A stretch of DNA of 16,936 bases from an uncultured Anaerolineales bacterium (GTDB taxonomy: Bacteria; Chloroflexota; Anaerolineae; Anaerolineales; Villigracilaceae), in assembly GCA_938008865.1 (NCBI GenBank), contig CALLJA010000433.1:1-16936 (forward strand), given 5' to 3'. Positions within the stretch are counted from its first letter, which is position 1. Each line of letters begins with the position of its first letter. A program made the position numbers and the translations under genes. Positions 15,076 through 16,936 of this stretch are shown piece after piece. The notes under the pieces are model-generated. The model searched no databases and had not been told where the DNA came from. It saw only the letters and a list, made by a program, of their open reading frames with translations.

Positions 15076-15606
15076 TTATTTTTGTCTCGGGATCAACCCG
15101 CCCAGGAGTGCATACAAAATCCCCGCGGCAAACAGAAAAAACTTGGCCCAGGCGCAGCCCGCCGCCACCCCAGGCCAGGGATCAGACGCCCCCGCCGAAA
15201 GGATCTGCCACAGCCCGAAGTTCTCCAGCGCGTCGAACAGCGCCGCCGCGAACGCGCCCCAGCCTGCCGCCGCCCCGAGCGAGCGCAGCCAGCCCGAGTG
15301 ACGTCCCGCCGCCAGCAGGGTCGCCAGGGCGATGAAGATGGCGTAGGTGGGCATGAACAGGTAGTCGAAACCCAGGCCGAACGCGACGTTCAAGCGGGCG
15401 GATTCGTCCCACGAGGCGACCATCGCCGCGGAGCGTTCCGCCGTGCCCGCCAGCTCGTACGAGACGATGCCGTTCGGGGCGGCGGGCGTGCGCAGGGGCG
15501 AATCGAGGGCCTGGAAGATGGCGAACATGCCCAGGGTCAGGAGCAGGAACGTGACAAAGAGCGGACCGCGCGAGGCGCGGGCGACAAATTCGAGGGGATG
15601 CTGCAT
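15076..15606 (-). CDS. Hypothetical integral membrane protein (about four to five TM helices)
   Basis: 176 aa starting at ATG, preceded by GGAG with a 5-nt spacer, 30 nt after the GNAT stop. Hydrophobic segments include LFVTFLLLTLGMFAIF, YLFMPTYAIFIALATLLAA, LGAAAGWGAFAAALFDAL and FFLFAAGILYALLGGL. No family was recognised. Confidence 0.65.
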   Translation of the reverse strand: MQHPLEFVARASRGPLFVTFLLLTLGMFAIFQALDSPLRTPAAPNGIVSYELAGTAERSAAMVASWDESARLNVAFGLGFDYLFMPTYAIFIALATLLAAGRHSGWLRSLGAAAGWGAFAAALFDALENFGLWQILSAGASDPWPGVAAGCAWAKFFLFAAGILYALLGGLIPRQK

Positions 15607-15636
15607 GGCGGCTCCGTGACGGGAACAGGCGGAAGG

Positions 15637-16773
15637 TCAGCTTTCCAACGCTTTGCGATAGACGCGATAGTTCTTGTATTCCACGCCGTTCAGGTTCCTC
15701 AGGTCGGCGCGCATCTGCTCGGCGGACTCGGCCACCTGGGTCATCTCCACGTGGCTGAACTGGCGGAACTCCAACAGGGTGCGCCCCATCTCGGAGTACA
15801 ACAAGGCATTGCCGCCCTTGCCGTGATACTCGGGCAGGATGCCCATGCCGTTGACCGCCACGGTGTTGGTGCGGCGCATCTCCAGCAGCAGGTCGGCCAG
15901 CGTGAACGGATTCAAGCGGCCCCTGGCGCGCTGCAGGGCCGCCGAGACGTCGTGGAAGGCGAACAGGAAGCCGACCGCCTCGTCGCCGTGGGTGACGATC
16001 TTGATCAGGCGGTGGTCGGCCACGGTCAGGATATTCTCGACCACGAAGTCGATCTCTTTTTTGGTGAACGGGAAATATTCCCAGTTGTTGACGAAGGCCT
16101 TGTTATAGGCGTCGCCGATACGGTCGGCCCAGCCGACCAGTTCCTTTTTGTTCTTGAACTTCTTGACCGCCAGCCCGCTGCGCTCGGCGGCGCGGCGCGC
16201 GATGCGCTCCACCCGTTCGGGGATCTGGAACTGGTCGGCGGGCAGGTAGCAGGAGACGAAATCCACTTCCTTGACGAAGCCCTGCGCCTCGATCAGTTCC
16301 TGGTAATAGGGATAGTTGTAGGCCAGCATGGTCATGGTCTGACGATGCTCGAAGCCGAGCACCTGAACCCCGTACCCATCCAGCGGACCCAGGCCCTTCG
16401 GCCCGACGGCGCAATCCAGCCCGCGCGCTTTGGCCCACTCGAAGACGGTCTGGAACAGGGCCGCGGCGGCCTCGGGGTCGTTCTCGCACTCGAAGAAGTA
16501 GAAATCGGCTTCCTTCGAATTGTGATACTGGTTGAAGGGACGGTTCTCGATGGCGGCGATGCGCCCCACGTCGCGGCCGTCGCGCACGGCCAGGAAGAAT
16601 TCCACGTCGGAATGCTCGTAAAAGGGATGCTTCTGCGGGTTGAGCTGGTTATACGCATCCAGGTTGAGCGGCGGCACCCATTGCGGACAGTCCCGGTACA
16701 GGCGATGCGGAAGTTCCACAAAACGGCGCACCTGGGCCTTGTTGCGGGTCTCCACCTTTTCGATGCTGAGCAT
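15637..16773 (-). CDS. GNAT-fold N-acyltransferase-like protein, uncharacterised ~380-aa family
   Basis: The track ORF is trimmed to ATG 16773 (MLSIEKVETRN...) because AAGGAG lies upstream with a 6-nt spacer. The C-terminal part (AVGFLFAFHD ... VAVNGMGILPEYHGKGGNALLYSEM) has the beta4-alpha3 Q/RxxGxG/A-like acyl-CoA pocket pattern of GNAT domains. The substrate is unknown. Confidence 0.65.
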   Translation of the reverse strand: MLSIEKVETRNKAQVRRFVELPHRLYRDCPQWVPPLNLDAYNQLNPQKHPFYEHSDVEFFLAVRDGRDVGRIAAIENRPFNQYHNSKEADFYFFECENDPEAAAALFQTVFEWAKARGLDCAVGPKGLGPLDGYGVQVLGFEHRQTMTMLAYNYPYYQELIEAQGFVKEVDFVSCYLPADQFQIPERVERIARRAAERSGLAVKKFKNKKELVGWADRIGDAYNKAFVNNWEYFPFTKKEIDFVVENILTVADHRLIKIVTHGDEAVGFLFAFHDVSAALQRARGRLNPFTLADLLLEMRRTNTVAVNGMGILPEYHGKGGNALLYSEMGRTLLEFRQFSHVEMTQVAESAEQMRADLRNLNGVEYKNYRVYRKALES

Positions 16774-16837
16774 GGATGACTCCTTAAAAAGAAATGAGTA
16801 CAAGCCAAGTATATAACAAAATGACCGTAGAAAAGTT

Positions 16838-16864
16838 TCCCGACCGTCAAAATCGGGATATACT
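16838..16864 (+). promoter_or_regulatory. Inverted repeat plus -10-like TATACT immediately upstream of the BrnT-like gene
   Basis: tcccga (16838-16843), 9 nt, tcggga (16853-16858), then TATACT (16859-16864), 6 nt, ATG 16871. There is no Shine-Dalgarno. The geometry suggests a leaderless transcript with an operator overlapping the promoter. Confidence 0.3.
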
Positions 16865-16870
16865 CCCGAC

Positions 16871-16936
16871 ATGAAGTTCACCTGGGACCCGCAAAAAGCT
16901 TCCAATAATCTTCGCAAGCACGGCGTCCATTTTGAT
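16871..16936 (+). CDS. brnT: BrnT-family (DUF497) toxin, first 22 codons only (runs off the right edge)
   Basis: Not in the ORF track because no stop lies in the window. The translation MKFTWDPQKASNNLRKHGVHFD matches the highly conserved BrnT N-terminus (M.FEWD..KA..N..KHGV.F). Confidence 0.6.
   Translation, partial: MKFTWDPQKASNNLRKHGVHFD

Noticed and set aside
14962-16779. 605-aa plus-strand ORF
   Set aside because: It is antisense to the GNAT-like and membrane-protein genes and crosses a terminator hairpin. It has no SD and a low-complexity Arg/Gly/Gln/Val composition.
1-16936. Search for CRISPR arrays, tRNA/rRNA genes, IS elements, integrases and long direct or inverted repeats
   Set aside because: None was seen. 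The intergenic regions are short (about 200 nt or less) and are accounted for by terminators or promoters. The only tandem repeat is the 8-mer triplet at 10286..10309, reported above.

Overview
GC-rich bacterial chromosomal segment, densely coding, with short AT-rich intergenic islands. No rRNA, tRNA, CRISPR array, transposase or integrase was recognised. From left to right: (1) the 5' part of a PIG-L/LmbE-type deacetylase gene (minus strand, runs off the left edge, absent from the ORF track). (2) A single-domain PilZ protein followed by a clean hairpin terminator. (3) A 959-aa GH13 alpha-amylase-family protein whose last ~99 residues form a lysine-rich, histone-H1-like tail. (4) A multi-TM/GAF sensor histidine kinase with no response regulator in the window. 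(5) The dominant feature: a tightly packed ten-gene minus-strand operon (6243..14861) for a membrane-bound group 4 [NiFe]-hydrogenase. Its gene set is unusually complex-I-like: NuoJ-, K-, L-, M/N- and A-like membrane subunits, then NuoB-like, a fused NuoC-NuoD large subunit with intact Ni-Fe cysteine ligands, NuoH-like, NuoI-like and a HycI-type maturation protease. A perfect TGTGA-N6-TCACA palindrome lies upstream of it. (6) A bicistron encoding a 378-aa GNAT-like acyltransferase and a 176-aa membrane protein. (7) The first 22 codons of a BrnT-type toxin at the right edge (absent from the ORF track). The many long antisense or alternative-frame ORFs in the track are judged to be high-GC shadow ORFs. 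I see no clearly new system type. The most unusual items are the architecture of the hydrogenase operon, its candidate regulatory elements, and the polycationic tail on the glycoside hydrolase. All family assignments rest on motif reading by eye, not on searches.
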